Source: Oopsacas minuta (taxonomy: Eukaryota > Animalia > Porifera). Taken from it: a DNA stretch of 64,000 bases. The notes under the pieces were generated by a model. It ran no database searches. It was given only the letters and a program-made list of their open reading frames with translations, and was not told the origin of the DNA. The translations under genes and the position numbers were made by a program. Below, piece after piece: positions 28,135 through 41,200 of this stretch (within the stretch, counting starts at the first letter, position 1; each line of letters opens with the position of its first letter). The stretch is from assembly GCA_024704765.1 (NCBI GenBank), contig JAKMXF010000304.1:406322-470321 (forward strand). The letters are read 5' to 3'.

Positions 28135-28336
28135 CATACTTGAGAACCGTCCCGTTTTGGCGGGACGTCCAAATTTTCGGACATATGTTGAGGGCCAATT
28201 AGGCTAATGTCACGCCAAAACTTTAATTGTCTCGATTTTTTGTTGTCCAGTCTCATGCAAATACGTACGTCCCGCGATGTCCAGCTAAATTATTTTCTTC
28301 CGTTCCGAGTTTTTCTTCGGTCAGGTTGCAAGTATG
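28135..28336. mobile_element. hAT (Tip100-like) MITE, ~200 bp
   Basis: TIR catacttgagaacc / aggttgcaagtatg, subterminal cgtcccg/cgggacg motifs; no TSD evident. Confidence 0.55.
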
Positions 28337-28397
28337 GCTTCCTAATGCACGACTTGCAGCTTTCGTTTTTATCATAGCAGCAACGTTGGCGAGTAAT

Positions 28398-29092
28398 GGC
28401 TAGATTTTCGAATATATGGTTCAAATGGTTTAACTTTTGATCATATCCCTCTTATTTGTATTACCAACATATCTAAATATTGTAATCGCGTATACACCTG
28501 ACTTCTCTAGAATTTACTGTGTTGTTATCTCATTACGTAATGAGCTATTTTGGATAATTTTTGAGTATTTTTCGAGGCTATTTTTAACCCTGTGATATTA
28601 TCTTTTCGATACTTAGTCAGTATCATGATAACAAGTATGGGATTTCTGAAAAGTGGAAATTTTGTTGGAATGTTAACACATTCTTCTGTTGCTATGCAAA
28701 TGTTTACCGATTCTAGTCACATCTGGAAATATATTGATGATAGACCTTTACCTTAGCCATTACAATGTTTCCGTAATATGCGTCCTATTTGTGAATAATA
28801 CTGTTTTTGTGCCTAATTCGAAAATTTAATTGTTGATTAGTCATTTACTATATATAGTCAATCGCTATGTATGATGCGATACTTATTTACTGTCATTGTT
28901 AGAAGTCACAAATTGGTTTTTCCTGAATATGAAGTAGCATATTGGAAGTGCCAAAAGTAAAGGTCTATAGTCCATTTTCTTCCAGATGTGGCTAGAATCT
29001 GTTAATGTACACATGCATAACAACATAGTACTATGTCTGCATTTCATCAAAATTTCCACTTTTTTCGAAACAACTACATGATATCATGATAC
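28398..29092. repeat. Dispersed repeat family with a local inverted copy (other copies ~34325-34640 and ~53945-54090)
   Basis: Shared core ct(g/a)ttgctatgcaaatgt...attctag.ca.at.tg and ttcgaatatatggttcaaa; 28618-28735 is mirrored by 28970-29092. Confidence 0.7.
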
Positions 29093-29307
29093 TATATATA
29101 TATATATATATATCGAAGATATAATTTACTTTTACATTGATAAAAACACACCCCTCAAAACTACTCCAACATCACCCAAAGTGGCTTATCACATTTATCA
29201 TATTTTCGAAAATATTGCCATCTACTCGTCATTCATTGAGAATAATAGTCCTGTAATAAATTTTCCCTTGTGAATCTATTTGACTATCATCAGCATCTGT
29301 ACAAACA

Positions 29308-29520
29308 GAAAGCTTAAAAGCTTTCCATGATAAAGCAGAATTGCATTTGAAGAATGTAGAAGCCCTAGGTGGAGATATTTATCGCAGAATAATTTATCGA
29401 TAACCACCGCCAAATTACCTGATACTGAATTGATGCATTTGTAAATTCAAAGAATTCCTAATGAATCATACACAGTAAATATTTAAGAAATTTGGAGAAA
29501 CTTATATTAGGGCCTCAGAA
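29308..29520 (+). pseudogene. BEL/Pao LTR retrotransposon gag (DUF1759-like) remnant
   Basis: ESLKAFHDKAELHLKNVEALG then, in a shifted frame, ITTAKLP; C..H..C-like remnant near 29845-29880. Confidence 0.5.
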
Positions 29521-30644
29521 GCATCGAAGCGTCAATTTTCTCAGTTTTCTAATTGTTCCTACGAACGATTCTAGAAGAGAGAAGTCAGAACCATGTACAC
29601 CTTACAAAAGTATTTTGCTCAAGACTCACCTTCTGAACGAAAATAACGTCATGTGATACTCCCGAATTTAGTGGTATACTTCATTGAAAAAGGAAAGAAT
29701 AACTTCGCGATTGTTTCTTCATATTTCTAAGAGCAAGCCACTCTTATAAAGAATGGAGATGTAAGTAACAATGTTATCATTGTTGAGCTCTTAAACCATT
29801 ATCAGAGCCTTTATCTTAGAAAGTTTGCTTTAACAAAGTGGTTAGAGTGCCTGCGACGGCATCCAACATTTTCTTGTTAAAGTGCAACAACAGTACTACA
29901 AAATTATTTCTTAGAGTGCCAGCAATGCATTTAATTGTTAACAATTCTTTCATCAACGTTTACTTGCACTATGTAATTTTTATTCGGCTTCCTCCAAAGT
30001 AATCTAATTGGTACTAATTCTTCAACCAATATACCAACTATGTATAACAAAAGTTGCCATTATTATAATTGAGCACTCTCTATACTTTCAACTCATCTAA
30101 CTAGGTATACTCGTGAACTACATTATATAAGGACTGATAACTACGATTATTTTCTGGACCAGAGATAAATAACAAGTCCATCGAAATTGATTCGAAGTGA
30201 ACAACTTTGGATATTAGCAAATATGCTGAAGCTATCATCAAGTTTCACCATTATGATTTGCTGAATGATAAATCACATTTCACATTTAGAAAATGTTTTC
30301 AGGTCGAAAATAAGTCATGTGATCGCCAAATAGGCTAATATGGTGGAAGCGAAAATCACTGATTGTTATTTATTGTTCTAGTTATGATTTACTATCGTGA
30401 AATACAACATTAATGTATTGTGATATATGATGGATCTGCATAAACCCACACCTGTATAATCCGGAAGATCTCTGTAATCCGACAGTGTTTCTGTGCTTTA
30501 ATAGCTTCCAAGAATACAAAATGATATGGACAATCCGACAACTTTGAAAATCGACACAAATTTCATGTCCAACAAGGGTTGATTGGCGATTCCACTGTGC
30601 AACGAGCGATAGTTTTTAAGTAATATTTCAACGTGTACATACTA

Positions 30645-31932
30645 CAAGGTGACACATTTATACTGTTACAACTTTTAAAACTACCATATTGTAGATGAAT
30701 ATAATTCAATAGCGGTGAAACTTATCCAATATATTGTACTACATATCTATTTTATTTCAATGAATCACACCAGCTATATCTCATTTAGAAGTTTTATAAT
30801 TTCAACATTTTGTAATGGAGTCTCATCGTTCAGCTGTTATTGAGTTATTCAAGGCCGAAAAATGCAGAAGTGAAATTGCCTCTTTGCTCAGTTACAATAG
30901 GATGTTAATTTCGTGGACTTTGTCACGGTTTGCTGATACAGGGGAAGGGTTAGACCGACCACGACATGGCCGTCCACGTACTGCACGGACAATTTCTTTT
31001 ACCAAGAGGGTGCTACAACGGATTAAACGAAAACCCGCCCGAAGTATCCGAAAAATGTCCATTGAAACAAATACAAACAGGGAATCGATGCGGAGGCTTG
31101 TTTGTAAAGATTTGGGCATGAAAACGTATAAAATGAAAAAAAGACAACTTCTCATAGCCCAAAATGAAAGTATTAGGTTGGAAAGCTGCAAGGCCATACT
31201 TTCACGTTTCACCAATGGTCGACACAAGTAGATCCTTTTCTCTGATGAGAAATTATTTACTGTCCAGCAGGTCCTAAACAAGCAATTAGAGTACTTTGCC
31301 TGAATCTACTTTCCGGATCTCTAGAACGCAGAAACCAGCTTCAGTGATGGTATGTGCTGGGGTTACTGCAACCGGTCAGACACCTTTGATATTTATCCTC
31401 CAAGGTGTGAAAATCAACCAATCGGTTTATCGGGAATCAATTCCTGAGAATGTTTTGAAGCCTTGGGCACATCACATATTGGAAACGACCTATGGGTATT
31501 CCAACAAGATTCTGCTCCAGCTCACAAGGCTAAAGCCACTCAAAAGTGGTGCAAGACCAATTTTCGGGGGTCATTTCTTCCGAAGAGTGGCCACCTTGTT
31601 CGCCAGACCTTAACCCCTTCGACTTCTCTATATGGTCAATATTGGAGGAGAGAGTTAACGCTACACCCCATCGTTCAGTTGAGGTTCTTAAGAGTACATT
31701 ATTAAGAGAGTGGTCAAAGATTCCGGATGAGCATGTGTGTGCCAGTGTAGACTCCTTCATCGTCCGTCTGAAGAGCTGCATTAGGGCAAAAGGCGATATA
31801 TTTGAGTAATACTTTCTTAATTTTCAACCCTATAGTATATCTAAACATAATTTAGAATATTAGAACGATCGCTCCAATAGTTTTTGTTTTCAGCCCTTTT
31901 ATATTTGTCAACAGTATTTATGTGTCACCCTG
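30645..31932 (+). mobile_element. IS630-Tc1-mariner DD37D (maT-type) transposon, 1,288 bp, frameshifted transposase 30815-31809
   Basis: TIR caaggtgacacatttatactgtt / aacagtatttatgtgtcaccctg, TA flanks. ILFSDEK, FQQDSAPAH, WPPCSPDLNPFDFSIW: third catalytic residue is D, with spacing about 37 after allowing for one frameshift. Confidence 0.9.
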
Positions 31933-33442
31933 TATATTGATATTTTGCTGATATTTTTGGTTAACATACCTACTACAATTATTAAAGTAAACCCGATTAG
32001 ACCTACTTATACGTGGAATGAACTCCCCCATAAAACTAAAAGTGCATCTCGACGTAGGAGGTTGAACTGAGATGGGCGGATTACCAATTGTTTAGGGAGC
32101 AGTGTTATTACTTTCATTACTCTGAAACTCACCTATATTAATAGCTTCTTCAGCAGTAGTATTTGAGTTTCCTTCGCTGTCGCTAAAGTAAATTCCGATC
32201 CATTCAAACTGTGATAACCGTTCTCCACTTGAGAGGCTAAGGATCAAACTAGCTTAAGCTAAACTTCTCTACAAGTTTAACCAATTCTGCGCGAAGCCCT
32301 TGATGCATGGAATAACAATGCTGGAATTAACTTCATTATTTGCTTTAGATTCGCCTGATTCTTTCGTTCCGCATTGTATGCTTTCTTGAATTGTGTGGTT
32401 AAAGCAAAATGATGTACTGGCATATCATAAAAGATCTGAGTCAACATTTACAATTTTGTCTAATTCAAGATAATCGCAATCTGATTCTTCATTCCCATTA
32501 TCAATTGATGCCATACAGAAGAGTGACAAATGTTCTTAACATATTTGAAGCATTATCTATTATTATAAAGCCAATCCTACCTTCAAGTTTGAATAGGGCT
32601 ATTATTTTTTTGTATTTTGATAAATGTGCTCAGCATAATAAGGACCCCAAAAACGATAACAAGTCAACATACCAGTATGCTGCTTGAAATTCGATATATA
32701 ATAACAAGTAATCCTAATAATCGGACACAAGTTATGACTCGGCCACAAAACAATTGTCAAGCTGATTTATCCAAGATTTATATCTTATTTATCATGGTTT
32801 TGCGCAAATCGAATGTCTTTCATTGAAGAAGGAAAGATCATAGGAATTTTCGAATAGGTAAATATTCAGGCTGTATCTAGCCAACGAGCAAACCAATATA
32901 GGGACATTCAACCACAGAAAGCTTTGAAGGTTTCCATCCATAATTTCAATAAGTTAAATGAGACTTCTCTTTTTGGTGAGGGTTAAAACTATACCAGTTT
33001 GTCTTTAGAGCCACGCACAAAAATTGTAAGATTCGTCTGTTTTATTTCAATTTGCGTTTTTCCGCTTCTTAAGCTCATCGTACACTTTGAGGTGATGTCT
33101 CGTTAATGTGCCCATAAGTTTTAGGTGCTTTTTAAGTTGCCGTTGACTGTTTTGTAACAATTAGCACTATTAGTTATTTACTTGTTCGCATCTTCCTTGG
33201 GATAAGGGGTCCAAAACTACTATAAACATAACATTACATGCTAAAAATATGGAGAAACAAAATTAACTTATTAAGGGATAGACTCTATTGTTAGATACAC
33301 GTAAGTACATCTAGTATTTCTGTAACCCAGACTTGAGAAGCCTAATATAGGATATATCATTCCAAACAAATGAACGTGAGCCAAGTACAGCGACCAAAAA
33401 ATATTTTATTGAAGACTTGACAACTTGCACTTTGATAAATGA

Positions 33443-33700
33443 ATGAAACAAGGGGATTTGCAAATACAGTTCAAATACATCAGAAATTTCCAATCCAAAT
33501 CCAAATACATGATTTCAGTGTATTCCAAATACGTATTTGACCCAAGCCTGAACTTGCTACCAAAATGTAGATGTGGATTACTCCCATTTTTGCTTTCCGG
33601 TGCATCTATCTCAGCATATGCAGCTGTAGTTTATCTTATTTTTTCGGGATAAACTGATATATAATCTACTTTAATATTTCCAAATCATGTCTCCCTGGTA
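33443..33700 (+). pseudogene. BEL/Pao pol RNase H (Peptidase_A17 region) remnant
   Basis: FLLSGASISAYAAVVYL resembles the Pao motif F.DAS..AYAAVVYLR. Confidence 0.55.
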
Positions 33701-36279
33701 GAAAGCTTTTGAAGATTATAATTTGCTGATGATACCATTTTTTTGCAAAGGAATTAATATGCCAACTGAACAACGTATTATTTATAAACTCACAGTGTTC
33801 CTATAATGGATAACTTCGAAACCACTATCTTCCTTTGTAGAGACTCGAGTTAAAGAGAGATAAGATAGAACAGATACATTGGATTTAGATACATTGTATG
33901 GATAATGAATACTGCTGATGTTTCTATTGGAGGAACCATCCTTGTAATATTATATAGTAGTATATTATTGTGTCATGGTCCCAGATGGTTACAAACACCA
34001 GCATATTCTGGCCAATATGTAAGTTTCCAGAAATTGATAAAGGTACCTCAATTCAACTGCCATCTGTATGATTTAAGAATTAATTTATGATTAAGCCATA
34101 AATCACCTGAGCTACTACCAAGTTATTTACGATGGATAGAGACTACTTGTGACAGTACAACTTAATGAATTATAATACAGTTAATATATTTGTAAAATAT
34201 ACTTCACCGCGATATGAAGGATTATATAGAAGGATTTGTCAAATGAGACTTTAATCCGCAATTGTCCCACTTGGTGGGTGGTTTCTATTAGAGACTTTCC
34301 ATAGCACCAAGGATAACGAGTAGATGGCTATCTTTCGAATATATGGTTCAAACAGGTACAATGTTAAGGTATACCCCTTAAATGTATGATCAACATATAT
34401 ACATTCATATATAATGGCAAGTAATTAAGAAACAGTCAAGATTTTCATGGAATGCTGACCCAGTCCTCTATTGCTATGCAAATGTATATGAATACATTCT
34501 AGCCATATGTGGAACAATGTTGATCTACTTTTGAATCTAGTGTATCCACAATAGGAACTTCCTATTCATGAATAATACAGTTTATGCACCTAACTCGAAC
34601 GGTTATTTAATCAATTATCATATATAGTCAATCACTATACATATAATGTAATAACTATACATATAATTTAATAACTTGCTAGCCCCCGCTCACCTATAGG
34701 CTATGCTATCGTCAAATTGTATTCCCACTTTGGTTTAAATTTATGTTTTCTTCTTCAGGGATATTAAGCAGGATTTATCTTTAGCACCTATACATTTGGC
34801 GTAGCAGCGATTTGAAGTGTGAATTGGTACCTCACCAGTACATTTTGAAGAACTAGAATGTGTGTACAGTAGAGTTTCGTAAATACGAACACGGTCAAGG
34901 AGTAACTCCAGTTAAGGAGTGTAAACTTCATCAGTCCCCTTCGATCCCTTTTCAATCTGAATCAGTTCGAATAATACCTACTCCGGAATAAGAGTACGAA
35001 TTTTTGTAGTCCCCTTGTGTACGTATTGACATGAGTCTCTTGCATTTCTTTTCTAATGCCTTAATATTTCCTGTATTATTGTAGAAAAGAGACTCACGTC
35101 TATTTATTAAAGTTCAAATCCATGCATGTTTGGAATTAGAACAGTACTTTCGAAATGTCCAAGACGGTACCATTTATACTACATGTTATTCAGCATTAAT
35201 ATATCGATTGATTGATTTATAAAGACCACAAGTTAGAATTAAAATATTTGCAGTTAAAAATAATTTCAACTTCTGTCAAACTAGCCCGCTTCGCTTGCCA
35301 AGTCGCTGCATCACAGGTTGACATATCCTTGATCTTTGTGTCTGGGAATAGCAAAGTATGAAACAGAAAATTTCTCAGTGATTTGGCTCGCTACGCAACC
35401 GGATACACTCGGAACTACCAGACACGAGGTTAATTCTTTACAAAAATTTTATTTATTTATTATATAATTCCATTTAAATTCATTTAATAACATTTTGTGG
35501 TAATCCTGGAGCTGTCACGTTGATTTGGGTTTGTATTCTGGCCATTTTGTGCCTCAAGTATTATGAAATTTAAAAGAAAATTGAAATTCCTGGAATTGTT
35601 ATTTTTGGTAGAGTCATGATTACTTAATAATCATATGATGAGTTTGCATTTCGTCAAATCCATAACATCAGAAGATCTTACACATTTAGGCTTATCTGTG
35701 ATTCAAATTTCAATGGTCTATCATATATATTGGCTGAGCTGTTGCTAGTAATATTATTTATCGATTTTTTATACGTTCACTTTCGTCATATTTCCGTCAT
35801 TGGTGTGAATTCTGTTCCAAGACTCGAAATTCTCGGTCCAGACCCAAAATACCCCCGTATTCCACTAATCAGCCCGGGTTTCTTCCCGTTCTTCACTCAA
35901 TATTGGTCACACAAATATATCTACATACTTAGGTGAAAATTCATTTCTTTTTTATTGATTTATTGATTAATTACGTTCTAATAGTATAGTTATATTGGCT
36001 GATACTCCAGGGATCCGAATAAGCCCCACAGCCGTTATAATTTCTAGATGTTCTTCCATCCCCGCACCTTTTCCAACCCCACATATATTCGATTTCGATT
36101 ATTGACTCAAACTCTTTAATTAACCAAAACATTTTATTGTTTGTTTTCATCGACTATCATGATTCTTTAGAAGATCCGTACATCTATAAATAATGCAATC
36201 TTTGTAAGTTCTTGGGTGATATATACAAAAAACCTTCGATATTGTAAACACCTTAAATATTCCACCCCTCCCTTTTCTT

Positions 36280-36365
36280 CCAACCGCCCCCGTTTATTGA
36301 ATTTTCATATTCTTCCAACCCACCCGTTTATTCTAGCCCCCCCCCCGTTTATTCGGGCCACCAGA
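36280..36365. repeat. Transposon-terminal-like tract with three cccgtttatt motifs, ~100 bp upstream of exon B
   Basis: cccccgtttattg, cacccgtttattc, ccccccgtttattcgggccaccag. Confidence 0.4.
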
Positions 36366-36471
36366 TTATTTGAATTTAATGTGATTTTTCGTATATTGAT
36401 CATGACCTATTGGCCAGTAGTATATATGCAATCACTTTTACATCAACATTTGATTATCTTCTCATGTTTAG

Positions 36472-36766
36472 GTAATATCACTCCTCTCAGAGAATCAGGT
36501 ATCACAGAGAAAAAATTTTATTCCTTACAGAGATTCAGTGCTAACTTGGTTGTTGAAGGAAAGCCTGGGTGGAAATAGTAAAACGGCCATGCTTGCTACA
36601 ATAAGTCCAGACGTCAACTCTTATATTGAAACCCTAAGTACGTTAAGATATGCTCAACAAGCTAGGAATATCGTGAATGCTGCTAAAATTAATGAAGATC
36701 CCAAGAATAGACTAATTCGGGAACTGCAAGCTGAAATAAGCAGACTCAGAAATATAACCTTGGGAG
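36472..36766 (+). CDS. KIF14: Internal coding exon B of KIF14-like gene: end of motor domain, neck and first coiled coil
   Basis: Acceptor ctcatgtttAG at 36470-36471. [46 protein letters not shown]...[41 protein letters not shown]. Donor GAG|GTTTGT at 36767 (phase 1). Confidence 0.93.
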
Positions 36767-38250
36767 GTTTGTTATAAGGCCACTATTTATGAGAAACTCG
36801 TTTCCTCTCCACATGAGATGCACTTGAGCAGCATGCGGGCAGGAGGTTCATTATCATTATCCCTTTATTTAATGACGTATCATCGGAAAAACTTGTCAAT
36901 ATATAAAATTTACGGAAAAGTCAAATTGATGTCAGAATATGCAATATGAGTAGAGAGTCGAGTCATCACTATTATCCTATTAGCTAGTATATACGCCCTG
37001 TAGCTGGATTACATTGTGTACATGGTCGAATAATGACAATATTAAGTCCCTAGCCTATTAATACGGGCGGTAGAGCTGAAACATGTTCTTCTTATCAGTT
37101 GCCAAATATATAAATGGCAGGTGGTGGTGGCGTTCATGAGCAATGCAGGGTGTCTAATGTCTTGAATATGTTGTTAATGGATACATCTGATCTCTTTTAT
37201 ACTACAACTAACGGACTTTGAATGATATTTCCACATATCCCTTTGATCCGCCGGTGTAAGCACGTTAATTAGAACACAGTTGAAAGGAATTACCGGGTAG
37301 GAAAAATATTTATATAAATAAGGTGGTTACGTAATCAATATGATGCAAAAAAATATGAACCGCGAAGATATTCATAGAAGTACAGGAATGATTGTGATTG
37401 AACCATATGTTAATGCACTGATAAGTTTTGTTAAATTGAATAAAGTTAATTTCGGCTCGTTTCGCTCACAACTTATCAGAGTTTCATGTTTTATCACGGT
37501 TATCATCAAAATCTTAATAATTTATTTTGTATTGATATAAAGAATGAAGATGGCGGACTTGGTGGTAATTATAGGTATAGGCACCTCAACACCTAATTAC
37601 CCTATATTTGCAAGCTGAAACAAAGACATAAAATTTCAATGTGCTCTGATATTACCCTGCCTGTGACAAAGTATACACTACTATTGGGACTGTGTAGGTT
37701 TTGATCCAAATTCTGAAAAGTAAAACATACAGTCTTGTTTTCTCATAATTGTTCGAAATACCAGCTCTTTGCTTGATTTCCAATCTTCTATTCATTAATA
37801 CACCATAAAAATCAACACATTTTCTTTAGAATTGATTTTTCGTACATCTTCATGTTCTCTTTTGGCCTTTTTTTGAGGATAGTTGACATTTGTATTTCGG
37901 CGAAAGGACACATTTTCCCTACTTACCATATGCCCCACTACTCCAAATATATATTTTGCATTCTATTTTCTCTATATCATATTAATTTAACCATAACGTG
38001 GCTCCAGAATGACCATTATAATCAGTTCTTTATGATAATTGTCATTCAACTTAGTTTCTACAATATGTATTTCCAATACAGCATAATTAACTAGGGTAAG
38101 TTGAGAAGTTTTCTAGCTATGGTGATATTTACACCATGTTGATGTCAACTAGTAGCGTATTGAATTTGTGCAAGATTTAGTATCGTAATTTACTATAATT
38201 TATTGGGTATTGAAACTACAACCTCACAAGCAATCTAAATAATTTACAAA

Positions 38251-41200
38251 GGGATTACTTATATGTTGGTGGCCTATATTGTCGGCTAGCCGACAAATAA
38301 GGAATTATGGCCGACATATAAGGATAAGGACTATATAAGGATTTATAATGAACATATAATGATTATTATAAGGAATGTTATATTGCTACACTAGAGAAAG
38401 GATCTACATATATGTGCATATCTCTAATGACAACTATTACACTATGACAAGGTGCCAAATTTTCATTTATTTTCATCTGTATTCCTTTTCTTCGTCCTAA
38501 CTTCGTTAAAGCTCCGTTTCCTTTATTAGAAGGGCGCCCTTTGGATCGAACACGTCTAGGATTTAGGATTGTTGCGATACTTTGAATATTTGCTCCACTT
38601 TCCTGTGGTATAGGTCTTAGCAATTGGTCCATTTCGGCTAATTTACCTCTCATAAGCGGAAAAGTTGAATGGTCAAATGATGCAAGATGAGCAATGTTTT
38701 CAAATTCTGTTGTTAGCATGTCATACCTTTCGTCTTCGTTAGGATAGGATTATTTTGATCATTTTCTTGTAATTCTATTACATTCTGACTACCAATACAG
38801 CTGTGGATATTAGAATTGTGATCTGCTTGATTCTCTATCTATTATGATACGATACATTAATAGTTGAAAGAACACAAGGACACAACGTTAATAATTTGGT
38901 AATTCATTACGGAATTCTGATATAACCGAGTGCGGTTGCAATAATATCTGTGCTGTATCGAATGACTACTTACCTTCTAGAAATCAACTATAGCTTTTTC
39001 GTGTATTTTCGTTATTTTCTCGTGATGATAAACAATAAGCATGTGACGACATGGTAAGCCCTATGATGATGGGAATAAGCATGTGCAAGATGTCAACGTT
39101 GTCTTACGGCTGGACTTAGTAAAAACCTTCGATAACCCGAGGTCCATAGATGTTAATTTCTCCTTGTTGGTACCTCCCGACAATCCTTCTCTTTTAACTA
39201 GAATAAAGACAAAATACGTATTTGAATTAGCATAAATTATTATACGTACACTCGAACTTCTTATCCGGACTCCGATATCCGGCTACCTCCCTCAACCAGA
39301 CACCATTTTCCAAAAGGATTGAAACTGATTCGATCATTTCAATTATTAGTAAATATTCCTTATAGTAGAGCTGTTTTACTCGTAATTCATATCTAACACG
39401 TTTCTTTGTAACTAAAAACCGTCATAACAGCTATTTCCGTCCATATCGATATTTATCCTATTGATTATAATTGGATCCAGAGTTGAAATCGGGATCGGGT
39501 TTCTTGGGTACGGTTCTGAAAAGTGGACCCGATTCCAACTGATTGGCCCTCCCATAGAGTTAATGTTATTTCTCAGATTCGGGCAAATTCTGACTTCCGG
39601 CACCCTACGGTCCGGCACTACCCGGATAAGAGAGGTTCGAGTGTACTATATTATTACAACTTCTTCCTTACCTAAGTCTCTGACAATAGAGCTAAGATAA
39701 TAAATCTTTTCTTCGCCAACGTTAAATATGGCATCAACACTATATTGCATGCACTGATCAATTTGTGCCTTTACAATCGCCAGTGCAAATGGTGTTAACT
39801 TAAGGTTTCGTTTTATCGGATGTTTAGATGAGTATGTAGCCATTTTAAGCGCTAATCGGGTTGCACGTCCTTCACTTTGTTCTGAAAGGGTCTTCCTAAT
39901 TTCATCAATTTTATTCGCGAGATGTGTAAGAAGAGTATGTGCATTTAAAAACTGTTTGATCGTTGAGTGAATGGATTCTGAACGTTGTTTGGAATGAGCA
40001 CCCAACGTGAGGTGTTGCCAGGTCCATCGTGATGCCCATTGAATTCTCTTGTCATATAATATACGTAAAAAGAGTTGAGCAGAATGGAAAACTTTCTCGT
40101 TATTCGAGTTTTGCCTGGATTGAACTAGAGCCAAAAGTTCTTTCCATTCTTGATCAAAATCATCACGAGATTCTGAATCTTGTTTTTACATAGATCCCAC
40201 CATGAATTTAAGAAGCATTCCTACTTTCGCATAAGTTTTCATGTCGGCCACTGAAAAGAGATTTAATGGGTTTGACAATATTTTGGCCAATGTGAAAAGT
40301 GCAAAGGAGATGTATAGTGGAAGGGTGTACATTTCTGATCGCTGCGGCCATAGCTGGGTCACCGTCTGTAATAATGATTTTGGGTGGATGTCGAAATGGT
40401 TTCAGGAATTCACTGAATGCCCAAGTAAATGCTTCTTCTGTTTCACGATCAAGTAGTGTTCATGCCAGGACTTGAGTATTTCCATGTTTATTGACTGGAC
40501 AAAAAGCGGTAAACTTAAGGGTATATTTATTTGTACCATGGGTGGTATCGAAGACCACGATGTTAGCTTCAGAATTTTCAACCCAGCGTTCAAAACTATC
40601 AGTTAATGTCCAAAATACTTTACTCATTGAGCTGTCTTCTGCTGTCTGTATAGCGAAATACAATCCTTTGGTAGATAGTTGTTCTTGTAGATAACTGACG
40701 AAGTTCGTTGCATCAAAACCTCTTTCTTCAACACTTGGCTGAAATTTATTGTACACATCTTGATAAGACCACGTTATTGGAAGATGTTTTTCATGTGCCT
40801 TACTTATAAAAACTTGATTAATTTTTGATGCTGTGAGACCTGCACGTTTAAGCTCAAAGCCGAGGGTATTAAATTCGAATGGTATTTGTCGAAGGGTAGA
40901 CTCCGCTAGACTAGCGCTATGACTTTCTACTAGATCGTGATTGTGTGCAAAATATCCTGTAACTACTGCCCAACCTTCAATACATTCTTCTAAACGAATG
41001 CTATATGGACAATTACACCTTTGTGTAATGGTATTTCGTTTTTCATTTGTGAGTTTGGCCTTTATAGCTCTGTAGCAACTTAAAACCCTCTGCTTGCCTT
41101 TTCTCGATGTAGGTGTATAAGTTGAACTCCGCACTAAGTTAAATCTCCCGCCACCAGTAGCAAGATCCAACGCCCATTCATTTAAATCTAATTTAGATGT

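Noticed and set aside
36515-36540. Apparent strong acceptor ttttattccttacAG at 36530, implying a missing VIS...IPY exon
   Set aside because: This sequence encodes FIPYRDS inside exon B; the true acceptor is at 36471, so no exon is missing
39190-39660. MITE inserted into a GTACGT donor of a ~52-nt MULE intron
   Set aside because: Donor and acceptor look plausible after removing the MITE, but the phases do not match (2 versus 1)
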